This document shows, one piece after another, positions 8,237-16,772 of a stretch of 38,619 nt of DNA (position 1 is the stretch's first letter; each line of letters opens with the position of its first letter). The stretch spans positions 1 to 38,619 of the forward strand of contig JAUNTV010000002.1 of assembly GCA_030538515.1 (NCBI GenBank), given 5' to 3'. The translations under genes and the position numbers were made by a program. The DNA comes from Paracoccus sp. (in: a-proteobacteria). GTDB taxonomy: Bacteria; Pseudomonadota; Alphaproteobacteria; Rhodobacterales; Rhodobacteraceae. The notes under the pieces are model-generated. The model had not been told where the DNA came from. It searched no databases and saw nothing but the letters and a program-made list of their open reading frames with translations.

Positions 8237-9976
8237 TCACGCCAGATCGGCCAGAAGATCATCCGCCGCCAGTTCGGTCCCCTCGGCGATACGGCGGCGC
8301 AGCACCCCGGCCGAGGGCGCGTGCAGCGTCATTTCGGATTTCATCGCCTCGATCACCGCAAGGGGCTGGCCCGTCTCGATCACCGCGCCCTCATCGGCCA
8401 GCCAGCGCAGCAGCACGCTTGCACCGGGGGCGCGCAGACCGCCCGGCGCGGGGGCGGGGCCGGGCGTGGACGCCGGCACCGGCGCGGCGGCGGGCGCGGT
8501 GCCAAGGGCCCTGGCCAGACGGGCAAGGGCTGCGGCGCTCAGCGCCAGATCGGCGCGTTGGCCGCCGACCTCGGCGGGCAGGCGCAGCAGCGTCTCATCG
8601 GGCGCGGGCCGGTTCAGGGCGGCGGCCAGATCATCGGCGAAATCTTCCTCGATCCAGCCGGTATGAACGGCGAAAGGGCCATCGCCGTTGAAATCTGCGG
8701 CCTCGGTCACGGCGCGCGCGAAGGGCAGGGTCGAAGGAATGCCCTCGATCCGAAACTCTGCCAGCGCCCGGCGCGCGCGTGCCAGTGCGGCAGCCCGCGT
8801 CGGGCCGGTCACGATCAGCTTGGCCAGCAGCGAATCAAAGGCCGCCGGCACGGTCGAGCCTGCGTCGACCCCGCAATCGACACGCACCCCCGGACCCGAG
8901 GGGGGCACGAAGCGCGTGATCCGCCCCGGCATCGGCAGAAAGCCACGGCCCGGATCTTCGGCATTGATGCGGAATTCGATGGCATGGGCGCGGGCGGGCA
9001 GATCGGCCGGGCAATCCAGCGCCAGCCCCTCGGCGATGCGCAATTGCTGGGTGACGATATCGATCCCGGCGACTTCCTCGGTGACGGGATGTTCGACCTG
9101 AAGGCGGGTGTTGACCTCAAGAAAGCTCAGCATGCCATCCGCGCCAAGCAGGAATTCCACGGTTCCGGCACTGGTATAGCCCGCCTCGGCGCAGATGGCG
9201 CGGGCGGCATCGGTGATGCGGCGCGCCAGATCGTCGGGCAGGAAGGGGGCGGGGGCTTCCTCGACCAGCTTCTGATGGCGGCGCTGAAGCGAGCAGTCGC
9301 GCAGGCCTGCAACCGCGATATTGCCATGATGATCGGCAAGGATCTGCGCCTCGATATGGCGGGGGCGATCAAGGAAGCGCTCGACATAGCAGGCGGGGTT
9401 GCCGAAGGCGGTCGTGGCCTCGCTGCGGGCCTCGTTCAGAAGCGGCTCGATATCCTCTGTCTCGCGGATCACGCGCATCCCGCGCCCGCCGCCGCCGCCG
9501 GCGGCCTTGACGACCACGGGCAGGCCATGGCGGCGCACGAAATCGCGGATATCATCTGCGCCCGAGACCGGCCCGTCGCTGCCCGGCACCAGGGGCGCGC
9601 CGACCTTGCGCGCGATCTCGCGCGCGGCGATCTTGTCGCCGAGACGCGCGATGGTATCGGCATCCGGGCCGACCCAGATCAGCCCGGCATCGGCCACCGC
9701 GCGCGCGAAATCCGCGCTTTCCGACAAAAAACCGTAGCCCGGATGGATCGCATCCGCCCCGGCCCGCCTGGCGATCGCGATCAGCGCCGGGCCGTTCAGA
9801 TAGGTGGCGGCGGGGGTGGCACCGGGCAGGGGGAAGGCCTCATCCGCGTGGCCGAGCCAAAGCCCGTCCACATCCGCATCCGCATAGACCGCGACCGAGG
9901 CCAGCCCGTAATCCCGGCACGCCCGGATGATACGCAGCGCGATTTCGCCGCGATTGGCGATCAGAAGCTTCTTCAT
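8237..9976 (-). CDS. Biotin carboxylase fused to biotin carboxyl carrier domain (acyl-CoA carboxylase alpha type)
   Basis: LIANRGEIA, HPGYGFLSE, GGGGRGMR, RDCSLQRRHQKL, FLEVNTRLQVEHPVTE, RINAEDP, biotinylation motif EAMKS. Confidence 0.93.
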   Translation of the reverse strand: MKKLLIANRGEIALRIIRACRDYGLASVAVYADADVDGLWLGHADEAFPLPGATPAATYLNGPALIAIARRAGADAIHPGYGFLSESADFARAVADAGLIWVGPDADTIARLGDKIAAREIARKVGAPLVPGSDGPVSGADDIRDFVRRHGLPVVVKAAGGGGGRGMRVIRETEDIEPLLNEARSEATTAFGNPACYVERFLDRPRHIEAQILADHHGNIAVAGLRDCSLQRRHQKLVEEAPAPFLPDDLARRITDAARAICAEAGYTSAGTVEFLLGADGMLSFLEVNTRLQVEHPVTEEVAGIDIVTQQLRIAEGLALDCPADLPARAHAIEFRINAEDPGRGFLPMPGRITRFVPPSGPGVRVDCGVDAGSTVPAAFDSLLAKLIVTGPTRAAALARARRALAEFRIEGIPSTLPFARAVTEAADFNGDGPFAVHTGWIEEDFADDLAAALNRPAPDETLLRLPAEVGGQRADLALSAAALARLARALGTAPAAAPVPASTPGPAPAPGGLRAPGASVLLRWLADEGAVIETGQPLAVIEAMKSEMTLHAPSAGVLRRRIAEGTELAADDLLADLA

Positions 9977-11616
9977 GCGGGCAGGCCTTTCGGTGGCGGG
10001 ATCGGGCGGAAGCGCAGGCGCGCGCCGGGCGGGGCCTGAGACGCCAGATCAAGGTGATGGGGGGCAATGGTGGCAATGACGGGATAGCCCCCGGTCAGGG
10101 GCGGATCGGCCAGAAACAGCACCGGCTGACCGGAATGCGGGATCTGGATGCTGCCCCGCGTGGTGGCCTCGCTCGGCAATTCGCGGGGCTGGTGGCGGAT
10201 CAGCGGCCGGTCCCCCTTCAGCCGCTTGCCGATACGGCTCGACTGCGGGGTGACGCGCCATTCATCGGCCAGAAAACCGGCGCGCGCGCTGGCGCTGAAC
10301 CAGTCGTCGCGCGGGCCCATGATCGCGTCCAGCCAGACCAGATCGCCCGGACGCGGCAGATCGGGCGCGCAGATGGGTGGGCCAAGGGGCCGGGCGCGCT
10401 GCCCGGCCAGCCCAAGCCAGCCGCCTTCCGTCAGGGGCGCGGGGCCGATCCCGGCAAGCGTGTCGCGCGCGGCGCTTCCCAGCACCGGCTGCACCGAAAA
10501 CCCGCCCCGCGCGCCCAGATAGCCGTAAACGCCTGCCTCGGGCGGGCCGATCTCGATTTCATCGCCCGCGTTCAGCGCAAAGGCGGTGTGGCTGGCCAAG
10601 GGGCCGCCCGCCCCCGTGATCCGCCGGGGCGCGCCGGTCATCGCCAGCGTGCAGGGCGCAGTGGCTCGCAGACGCAGACCGCCGCCGATGATTTCCAGCG
10701 CGGGCGTGCCCGAGGGATTGCCAAGCAACCGGTTGAGCGCGCGCCACGCGCCCCGGTCCGCCGCCCCCGAGACCGAGACCCCCTGCCCCGCATGCCCGCG
10801 TCGCCCGCCATCCTGAATGAGCGCCGGGAAAGGCGCGGCAAGGATATCTAGCCGGGCCTGAGGGGGCGACGGCGGCAGAGTGGCAGGCTGTGCAGACGCG
10901 CCCGGCAGTGGTGCGGGTAATGACGCAGGCGGCTGCGTGGGCGGGGCTGTGGCGGGCTGCGGATCGGGCGGCGGTGCGGCGGCTTTCGGGGATGCGCGCC
11001 GGGGTGCGTATCGGGTGAAGCGGACCAGATCGCCCGGCGCAAGCAGGGCGGGGGGCGCGCGGTCGATGTCCCACATGCCGACCGGGCTGGTGCCGATCAA
11101 CTGCCAGCCACCGGGGCTTTGCCGGGGATAGACCGCGCTGAACCCGCCCGCCAGCGCGACCGAGCCTGCGGGCACGCTTGGGCGCGGGCTGGCGCGGCGC
11201 GGCACCGACAGCAGCAGCGGATCGCCCCCGGTCAGATAGCAGAACCCCGGCGCGAAGCCGCTGAAGGCCGCGCGCCAGGGCGTGGCTGTGTGACGCGCGA
11301 TCACCTCGGTCCGGGTCAGGCCGGTCAGGGTTGCGACCTCATCCAGATCGGCGCCGTCATAGATGACGGGGATCTCGACCTCGCGCCCGGTTTCGGGGGG
11401 CGGGCTGTCCAGATCGCGCGCGGCAAGGGCGGCAAGGATCGCGCCGGGGCCGGTCACATCGGGATCATAGCCAAGCGCCAGCGTGCGCGCGGCGGGGATC
11501 AGATCATCCACGCCGGGCAGCGGATCGGCATGCAGGCTGGCCAGCAGCGCCAGCACCTCATCCAGCCCGGCCAGTTCGATCAGCAGCGCCCTGCCACCTG
11601 CGGGAAGCACGCGCAT
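9973..11616 (-). CDS. pxpBC: 5-oxoprolinase subunits B/C fusion (allophanate hydrolase subunit 1 + 2 / urea carboxylase CT-like)
   Basis: YDGADL, GFAPGFCYL, PRRASPR, YPRQSPGGWQLIG (PxpB); QDGGRRG, SSRIGKRL, GSIQIP, TGGYPVIA (PxpC); Pro/Ala-rich linker. Confidence 0.9.
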   Translation of the reverse strand: MRVLPAGGRALLIELAGLDEVLALLASLHADPLPGVDDLIPAARTLALGYDPDVTGPGAILAALAARDLDSPPPETGREVEIPVIYDGADLDEVATLTGLTRTEVIARHTATPWRAAFSGFAPGFCYLTGGDPLLLSVPRRASPRPSVPAGSVALAGGFSAVYPRQSPGGWQLIGTSPVGMWDIDRAPPALLAPGDLVRFTRYAPRRASPKAAAPPPDPQPATAPPTQPPASLPAPLPGASAQPATLPPSPPQARLDILAAPFPALIQDGGRRGHAGQGVSVSGAADRGAWRALNRLLGNPSGTPALEIIGGGLRLRATAPCTLAMTGAPRRITGAGGPLASHTAFALNAGDEIEIGPPEAGVYGYLGARGGFSVQPVLGSAARDTLAGIGPAPLTEGGWLGLAGQRARPLGPPICAPDLPRPGDLVWLDAIMGPRDDWFSASARAGFLADEWRVTPQSSRIGKRLKGDRPLIRHQPRELPSEATTRGSIQIPHSGQPVLFLADPPLTGGYPVIATIAPHHLDLASQAPPGARLRFRPIPPPKGLPA

Positions 11617-11618
11617 GG

Positions 11619-12377
11619 TCAGCCCGCCCGCGCAAAAGACGCCAGCGCGACGCCCGCCGCCTTCAGGCTGTCGCGGATGGCAAGGGCCATGGCCACCGCG
11701 CCGGGGCTGTCGCCATGCACGCAGATCGAGCGCGCATCAAGCGCGATATCGCGCCCCCCGATATCGGTGATGACGCCTTCCTGCGCGAAGCGGGTCATGC
11801 GCTGCGCGATCAGGGCCGGATCATGGATCACCGCGCCGGGGCGGTCGCGCGGCAGAAGCCGGCCGTCGGGCAGATAGGCGCGGTCGGCGAAAGCCTCGGG
11901 CACGGCTGTCAGCCCGGCATCACGCGCCATGGCGATCAGGGGCGATCCCGCCAGCGCCAGAAGCGGCAGGGCCGGATCATAGGCGCGGATCGCCGCGATC
12001 ACCGCACGGGCCTGATCGCCGCCTTCGGCAATGGTGTTGTAAAGCGCGCCATGCGGCTTGACATAGCTGACCCGCGTGCCCGCAGCGCGGGCCAGCCCGT
12101 CAAGCGCGCCGATCTGCCAGATCACATCCGCCGTCAGATCGCGCGCCGAAACCGCCATGGCGCGCCGCCCGAACCCCGCCAGATCGCGATAACCCGGATG
12201 CGCGCCCACCGCGACGCCCCGCGCCGCCGCCATGCGCAGCGTATCGAATATCCCCGCCGGGTCGCCGGCATGAAAGCCGCAGGCGATATTGGCCGAGGTG
12301 ACGATCCCCAGCATCCGGGCATCATCGCCCATGACCCAGGCACCGAAGCTTTCACCCATATCGCAATTCATATCCAT
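11619..12377 (-). CDS. pxpA: 5-oxoprolinase subunit A (LamB/YcsF family)
   Basis: [59 protein letters not shown]. Confidence 0.93.
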   Translation of the reverse strand: MDMNCDMGESFGAWVMGDDARMLGIVTSANIACGFHAGDPAGIFDTLRMAAARGVAVGAHPGYRDLAGFGRRAMAVSARDLTADVIWQIGALDGLARAAGTRVSYVKPHGALYNTIAEGGDQARAVIAAIRAYDPALPLLALAGSPLIAMARDAGLTAVPEAFADRAYLPDGRLLPRDRPGAVIHDPALIAQRMTRFAQEGVITDIGGRDIALDARSICVHGDSPGAVAMALAIRDSLKAAGVALASFARAG

Positions 12378-12392
12378 ACCGGGCGCGCCTGC

Positions 12393-14366
12393 CTAAAGCG
12401 CGATGCGAAAACGTGCGAAGCCGTCCTCGCCCCCGTTCACGGGCTCGATCGACAATCCCTTGAGATCGCGCAGGAAAGCCTCGGCCCTGGGGCTGGTGTC
12501 GAACAGCACGCTCGTGCCCGGCAAGGGCGCGAAGGACCAGTTGCCATCCGCCTCGGGGTCGATGGTGCCCTGTTCGACGATATAGCGCACGATGATGTCG
12601 CGGTTCGTGTCCGGCCCCTCGAACACCACGGTCGAGCCGTCATTGCCGGGGAAATTCCCGCCGCCCTCGGCCCGGTAATTATTCGTGGCCACGATGAATT
12701 CCGCTTCCAGGTCAAGGGGCTCGCCGTTCAGCATCAGGCCCGTGATACGGTTGGCCGACGCATCCGCAAGCCCGCCGTCGCCATCATAGCGCGAGGGTTG
12801 GGACAGGTCGATCTGATAGGTCACACCGTCGATCACATCGAAATTATAGCTGGGGAAGGCCGGGTTTTGCAGCATCTGATCGCTTTCGCCCGGCGTGATC
12901 CGGTTGAAGATACCGGCGCTGCGTTCCAGCCAGTCCTTGACCTGCTGGCCGGTCACGCGCACGGCCCGGATCGTATTGGGATAAAGGTAAAGATCGGCAA
13001 CATTCTTGATGGCGATATCGCCGGCCGGCACGTCGGTATAGTAATCCGGCCCGCCGCGCCCGCCCGCCTTGAAGGGCGCGCCTGCGGAAAGGATCGCAAG
13101 CCCCTCATGCTCGGTCCCCGCAAGCATCTGTTCGACATACCATTTCTGCGCATTGGTCACGATCTGGATGCTGGGATCATCGGCCAGAAGCGCGAAATAG
13201 CTGTAAAGCGGTGCCGAGGTCCGGCCGACCGGGCGGCGGATGTAATCCAGCGTGGCCTCATGTTCGGGGCGCACGCTTTCCTCGACGGCGGGCACGCTTT
13301 CGACAAGCGGGATGATGTTGCGATCCGCATCGCGTTCCCAGATCGGGCGGGCCTCGACCATGTGAGAGGCGATCTTCCAGCCTTCGCCCTCGCGCTCAAG
13401 AAGCAGGTCGATCAGGCCCATATGACTGCCCCAGAAGCCGGCCATGACGGCGGGCTTGCCGGCCAGGGTGCCGGCGGTTGCGTCGACGCCTTCGATCCCT
13501 TCGTAATCGGGGCCGGGAAAGACGCGGTGATGATGGCCGGTCAGCACCACATCGATGCCTTCCACCCCCGCCAGCGCAAGGGATGCATTCTCGGCATCCT
13601 CGGGCAAGGGCAGCGCCTCGATCCCGGAATGCGACAGGGCGATGACCAGATCCACGCCCTCGGCGCGCAGCTTCGGCACCCAGGCTTCGGCGGCGGGCAG
13701 GATGGGGCGCGCCGTCACCTGACCTTCAAGATGCTTGCGGTCCCATTGCATGATCTGGGGCGGCACGAAGCCGATCAGCCCGATGCGAACCGGATGGGTC
13801 TGGCCCGCGCCATCGGTCAGATCGCGGGTCAGCACGACATAGGGGGGCAGAAGGGTTTCGTCCTGATCAGGGGTTGCGCCCGGCGTGGTGACGACATTGC
13901 AGCAGGTGACCGGATAGGCCGCCCCGGCAAGGGCCGCCGCCAGAAACTCCAGCCCGTAGTTGAATTCGTGATTGCCAAGCGTGCCGCCATCCACGCCGAC
14001 CGTATTCATGGCGGTGATGATCGGATGCATCTGGCCGGGTGCCATGCCGCGTTCATAGGCGATGTAATCGCCAAGCGGATTGCCTTGCAGGAAATCGCCA
14101 TTGTCCAGCAGGATGGAATTGGCGGCTTCGGCCCGCACGGCATTCACGAGCGAGGCGGTGCGCGCCACCCCAAGCGTATCCACCGGCTTGTCGGCATAAT
14201 AATCATAAGGCCAGACATGCACATGCAGGTCGGTCACTTCCATGATGCGCAGATGTGCCTGACCCGCCTGCGCGCGGGCCGAGAAAGGATGCAGCATCAC
14301 CAGACCGAGACCGGCGACCGAGGCGGACAGAAAGCCGCGCCGCGAGATCGCAAGGGGATTGTTCAT
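12393..14366 (-). CDS. cpdB: Periplasmic 2',3'-cyclic-nucleotide 2'-phosphodiesterase / 3'-nucleotidase
   Basis: Tat signal SRRGFL; TDLHVH..YDYY, DNGDFLQGNP, GNHEFNYG, HSG, GHHH, DLYLYPNT, YNFDVIDGV, ATNNYRA; GGAGAG RBS before ATG 14366. Confidence 0.95.
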   Translation of the reverse strand: MNNPLAISRRGFLSASVAGLGLVMLHPFSARAQAGQAHLRIMEVTDLHVHVWPYDYYADKPVDTLGVARTASLVNAVRAEAANSILLDNGDFLQGNPLGDYIAYERGMAPGQMHPIITAMNTVGVDGGTLGNHEFNYGLEFLAAALAGAAYPVTCCNVVTTPGATPDQDETLLPPYVVLTRDLTDGAGQTHPVRIGLIGFVPPQIMQWDRKHLEGQVTARPILPAAEAWVPKLRAEGVDLVIALSHSGIEALPLPEDAENASLALAGVEGIDVVLTGHHHRVFPGPDYEGIEGVDATAGTLAGKPAVMAGFWGSHMGLIDLLLEREGEGWKIASHMVEARPIWERDADRNIIPLVESVPAVEESVRPEHEATLDYIRRPVGRTSAPLYSYFALLADDPSIQIVTNAQKWYVEQMLAGTEHEGLAILSAGAPFKAGGRGGPDYYTDVPAGDIAIKNVADLYLYPNTIRAVRVTGQQVKDWLERSAGIFNRITPGESDQMLQNPAFPSYNFDVIDGVTYQIDLSQPSRYDGDGGLADASANRITGLMLNGEPLDLEAEFIVATNNYRAEGGGNFPGNDGSTVVFEGPDTNRDIIVRYIVEQGTIDPEADGNWSFAPLPGTSVLFDTSPRAEAFLRDLKGLSIEPVNGGEDGFARFRIAL

Positions 14367-14501
14367 CGCACTCTCCTGATTGTCGGGCCGCTCGTGGCCG
14401 CGCGCGCAGGCTAGCAGCCCCGCACCCGATGGCAAGGCGGTGCGATTGCCTTTCCCGCGCCGATCCGCGAAAACCGGCGGCGAACGACAAGGGGGCAGGG
14501 G

Positions 14502-15725
14502 ATGCGCTTCGAAGCAGGCGATGATCATGGCGGGGCAGGGCAGGGTGCCAGGCCGCCGCGCGGACTGGGCAGGATGCTGGCGCTGGATGATTTCGAAGCC
14601 CCGGCCCGCAGGCTTTTGCCGCGCGCGATCTATGGCTATGTCAGCGGCGGGGCCGAGCGGGGCGAAACCCTTGCCGCCAATCGCAGGGCCTTCGCGCATG
14701 TGGGCTTTCGCCCCAGGATCATGCGCGATGTCTCGGCCCGCGATCCCGGCACCACGCTTTTCGGGCAGCGCTACGGCGTTCCCTTCGCCGTGGCACCCAT
14801 GGGCTTCAGCGCGCTTGCCGCCTATGACGGTGATGTGGCGCTGGCGCAGGGCGCGGCGCGGGCAGGCAGCTTCGCCATCTGCTCGGCCGCCTCGCTGACC
14901 CCGCTTGAACGTGTCGCGGCCGAGGGCGAAAGCCGCTGGTTTCAGGCCTATATCCCCGGCGATGACGCCACGATCGAGGGCCTGCTGAACCGCCTTCAGG
15001 CAGCCGGTTTCGACCGGCTGGTGGTGACTGGCGACGTGCCCGTGGCCGGCAACCGTGAAAATAACGCCCGCAACGGCTTCGACGCGCCCTTCCGGCTGTC
15101 GGGGCAGCTGCTTTGGCAGGGGGCCACGCATCCGCGCTGGCTGATCGGGACGCTGGCACGCGAGATCCGGGCGCGCGGCATGCCGCATTTCGAGAATATG
15201 ACCGCCACGCAAGGCCCGCCGCTTTTTTCGCGCAAGCTGGTGCGCGGGGTGATCGCGCGCGACCGGCTGACATGGGCGCATATCGCGCGCATCCGTGCGC
15301 TCTGGCCGGGCAAGCTGGTGGTGAAGGGGGTGATGCATCCCGATGATGCGCTGGCGGCACGTGATGCGGGCTGCGACGGGGTGATCTTGTCGAACCATGG
15401 CGGGCGCCAGCTTGACGGCGCGGTCTCTGCGCTGGATGTGCTGCCGGCGGCGCGCAGGGCGGTGCCCGATATGGTGGTGATGCTGGACGGAGGCATCCGG
15501 CGCGGCACCGATGTGCTGCGCGCGATCATGCTGGGGGCGGATTTCACCTTTCTGGGCCGGCCCTTCCTTTACGCCGCAGCCACCCATGGCGCGCCCGGCG
15601 TGACCCATGCCGCGCATCTGCTGCGCGACGAGATCACCCGCGACATGGCCCTTCTGGGTATCACCAGCCCTTTCGACCTGCGCGACGAGGACCCCGCGCT
15701 TCTGGATCGGCCCTTGCGTCCGTAA
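14502..15725 (+). CDS. FMN-dependent alpha-hydroxy acid dehydrogenase (L-lactate/mandelate dehydrogenase family)
   Basis: YVSGGAE, APMG, WFQAY, GNRE, VKG, SNHGGRQLD, DGGIRRGTD, GRPFLY. Exact start uncertain. Confidence 0.9.
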   Translation: MRFEAGDDHGGAGQGARPPRGLGRMLALDDFEAPARRLLPRAIYGYVSGGAERGETLAANRRAFAHVGFRPRIMRDVSARDPGTTLFGQRYGVPFAVAPMGFSALAAYDGDVALAQGAARAGSFAICSAASLTPLERVAAEGESRWFQAYIPGDDATIEGLLNRLQAAGFDRLVVTGDVPVAGNRENNARNGFDAPFRLSGQLLWQGATHPRWLIGTLAREIRARGMPHFENMTATQGPPLFSRKLVRGVIARDRLTWAHIARIRALWPGKLVVKGVMHPDDALAARDAGCDGVILSNHGGRQLDGAVSALDVLPAARRAVPDMVVMLDGGIRRGTDVLRAIMLGADFTFLGRPFLYAAATHGAPGVTHAAHLLRDEITRDMALLGITSPFDLRDEDPALLDRPLRP

Positions 15726-15758
15726 ATCGGGTTCTTCCCTGTCCAGATGCTCATGACA

Positions 15759-15809
15759 CCGGGGGCTGTCTGCCCCCGGACCCCCGAGGATATTTCCGGA
15801 CAGAAGAAA
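15759..15809 (-). repeat. REP-like ~50 bp intergenic element, copy A
   Basis: Reverse complement TTTCTTCTGTCCGGAAATATCCTCGGGGGTCCGGGGGCAGACAGCCCCCGG is nearly identical to 38568-38618. Confidence 0.85.
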
Positions 15810-15884
15810 CGAGGGAAGGAACTGGTCCGGGATGAGCGGGAAGCCATGACCCATCGCCCCCATCGGGCGCGGCGATGGGATAGG

Positions 15885-16772
15885 CTAAAGTCCGTGGCGG
15901 TCAAGGAAATCCTTGACCACGCCGGTTGCGGCGCTGCGCAGGTCGGGGCGGAAATCCAGCAGTGAAAGCGGCGCGCGCTCTTGCTGTTCGAAGCCGTGGC
16001 CGGCGTCTTCGTAAAGCACCAGATCGATGCGCGCGCCGAGGCGGCGCAGGCGCGTGGCCATTTTCTGGCAGGCGGGCGTCACGCCGAGTTCATCCTGTCC
16101 CGCAAGGATCATCAGGATCGGCGGCATGTCGGTCCAGTCGCCCTGTGCCGCCCCGTTCAACACGCCGCAATAGGGATAGATCACCACTGCCGCGCCGATC
16201 TGGCCAAGCAGGGTCTCGGGCGGGGCGGGCCAGTCGCTCAGGCCGGGCGGCAGCGTGCCGTCCCTGGCGTGATGCAGGAATTCCAGCACGCTCCACCCGC
16301 CATGAGAGGCGCCCAGAAGCACCACCCGGTCGCGCCCGGTCGCGGCCAGTGCCACGGCCAGATCGCCCGCGCGTTCGGCCCCCGGCAGCAATTGCCCCAT
16401 ACATAAAAGCCGCCAGCTTTCCAGCATGTCGAAGCCGCGCGGCCCGTGGCTGTCGATGATCAGCCCCGGATGGCCGCGCCCGGCCAGAACGCCCGCCCAG
16501 TAATCCATATTGTCATGAACCCCGTCGCAGCCCGAAAGCAGCATCGCGCCCGCCTGATCCACCGAAACGCCTTCGGGCACCATCCGCCATGCCGGGGAAA
16601 GCAGGGCCAGCCGCGCGGCAGATGTATCGCTGGTGACTGCGATTCCCGCCCAGTTGCGCGCCGAGTTCAGCGCCGCGCCAAGCAGCATCACGGCGATGGC
16701 GGCGCCCAGAACCCCCAGCCAGAGCTTTCGTCGGCCACGTTTCTGCAACCCTGCTGCTTTTCCCCGTCGCAT
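15885..16772 (-). CDS. Dienelactone hydrolase-like alpha/beta hydrolase with N-terminal membrane anchor
   Basis: Nucleophile elbow GASHGG, YPYC, AGQD, catalytic His AGHGF; hydrophobic N-terminus LWLGVLGAAIAVMLLGAAL. Confidence 0.82.
   Translation of the reverse strand: MRRGKAAGLQKRGRRKLWLGVLGAAIAVMLLGAALNSARNWAGIAVTSDTSAARLALLSPAWRMVPEGVSVDQAGAMLLSGCDGVHDNMDYWAGVLAGRGHPGLIIDSHGPRGFDMLESWRLLCMGQLLPGAERAGDLAVALAATGRDRVVLLGASHGGWSVLEFLHHARDGTLPPGLSDWPAPPETLLGQIGAAVVIYPYCGVLNGAAQGDWTDMPPILMILAGQDELGVTPACQKMATRLRRLGARIDLVLYEDAGHGFEQQERAPLSLLDFRPDLRSAATGVVKDFLDRHGL

Noticed and set aside
8084-14414. Long plus-strand ORFs (651 aa and 899 aa) and similar ones at 20311, 22726, 25681, 28210, 29662, 35313 and 36445
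   Set aside because: Stop-free shadows opposite well-supported genes, expected with high GC3; no recognisable motifs.
14367-15863. N-terminal extension of the 1156 aa cpdB ORF
   Set aside because: Antisense to the alpha-hydroxy acid dehydrogenase; the RBS and Tat signal define the start at 14366.
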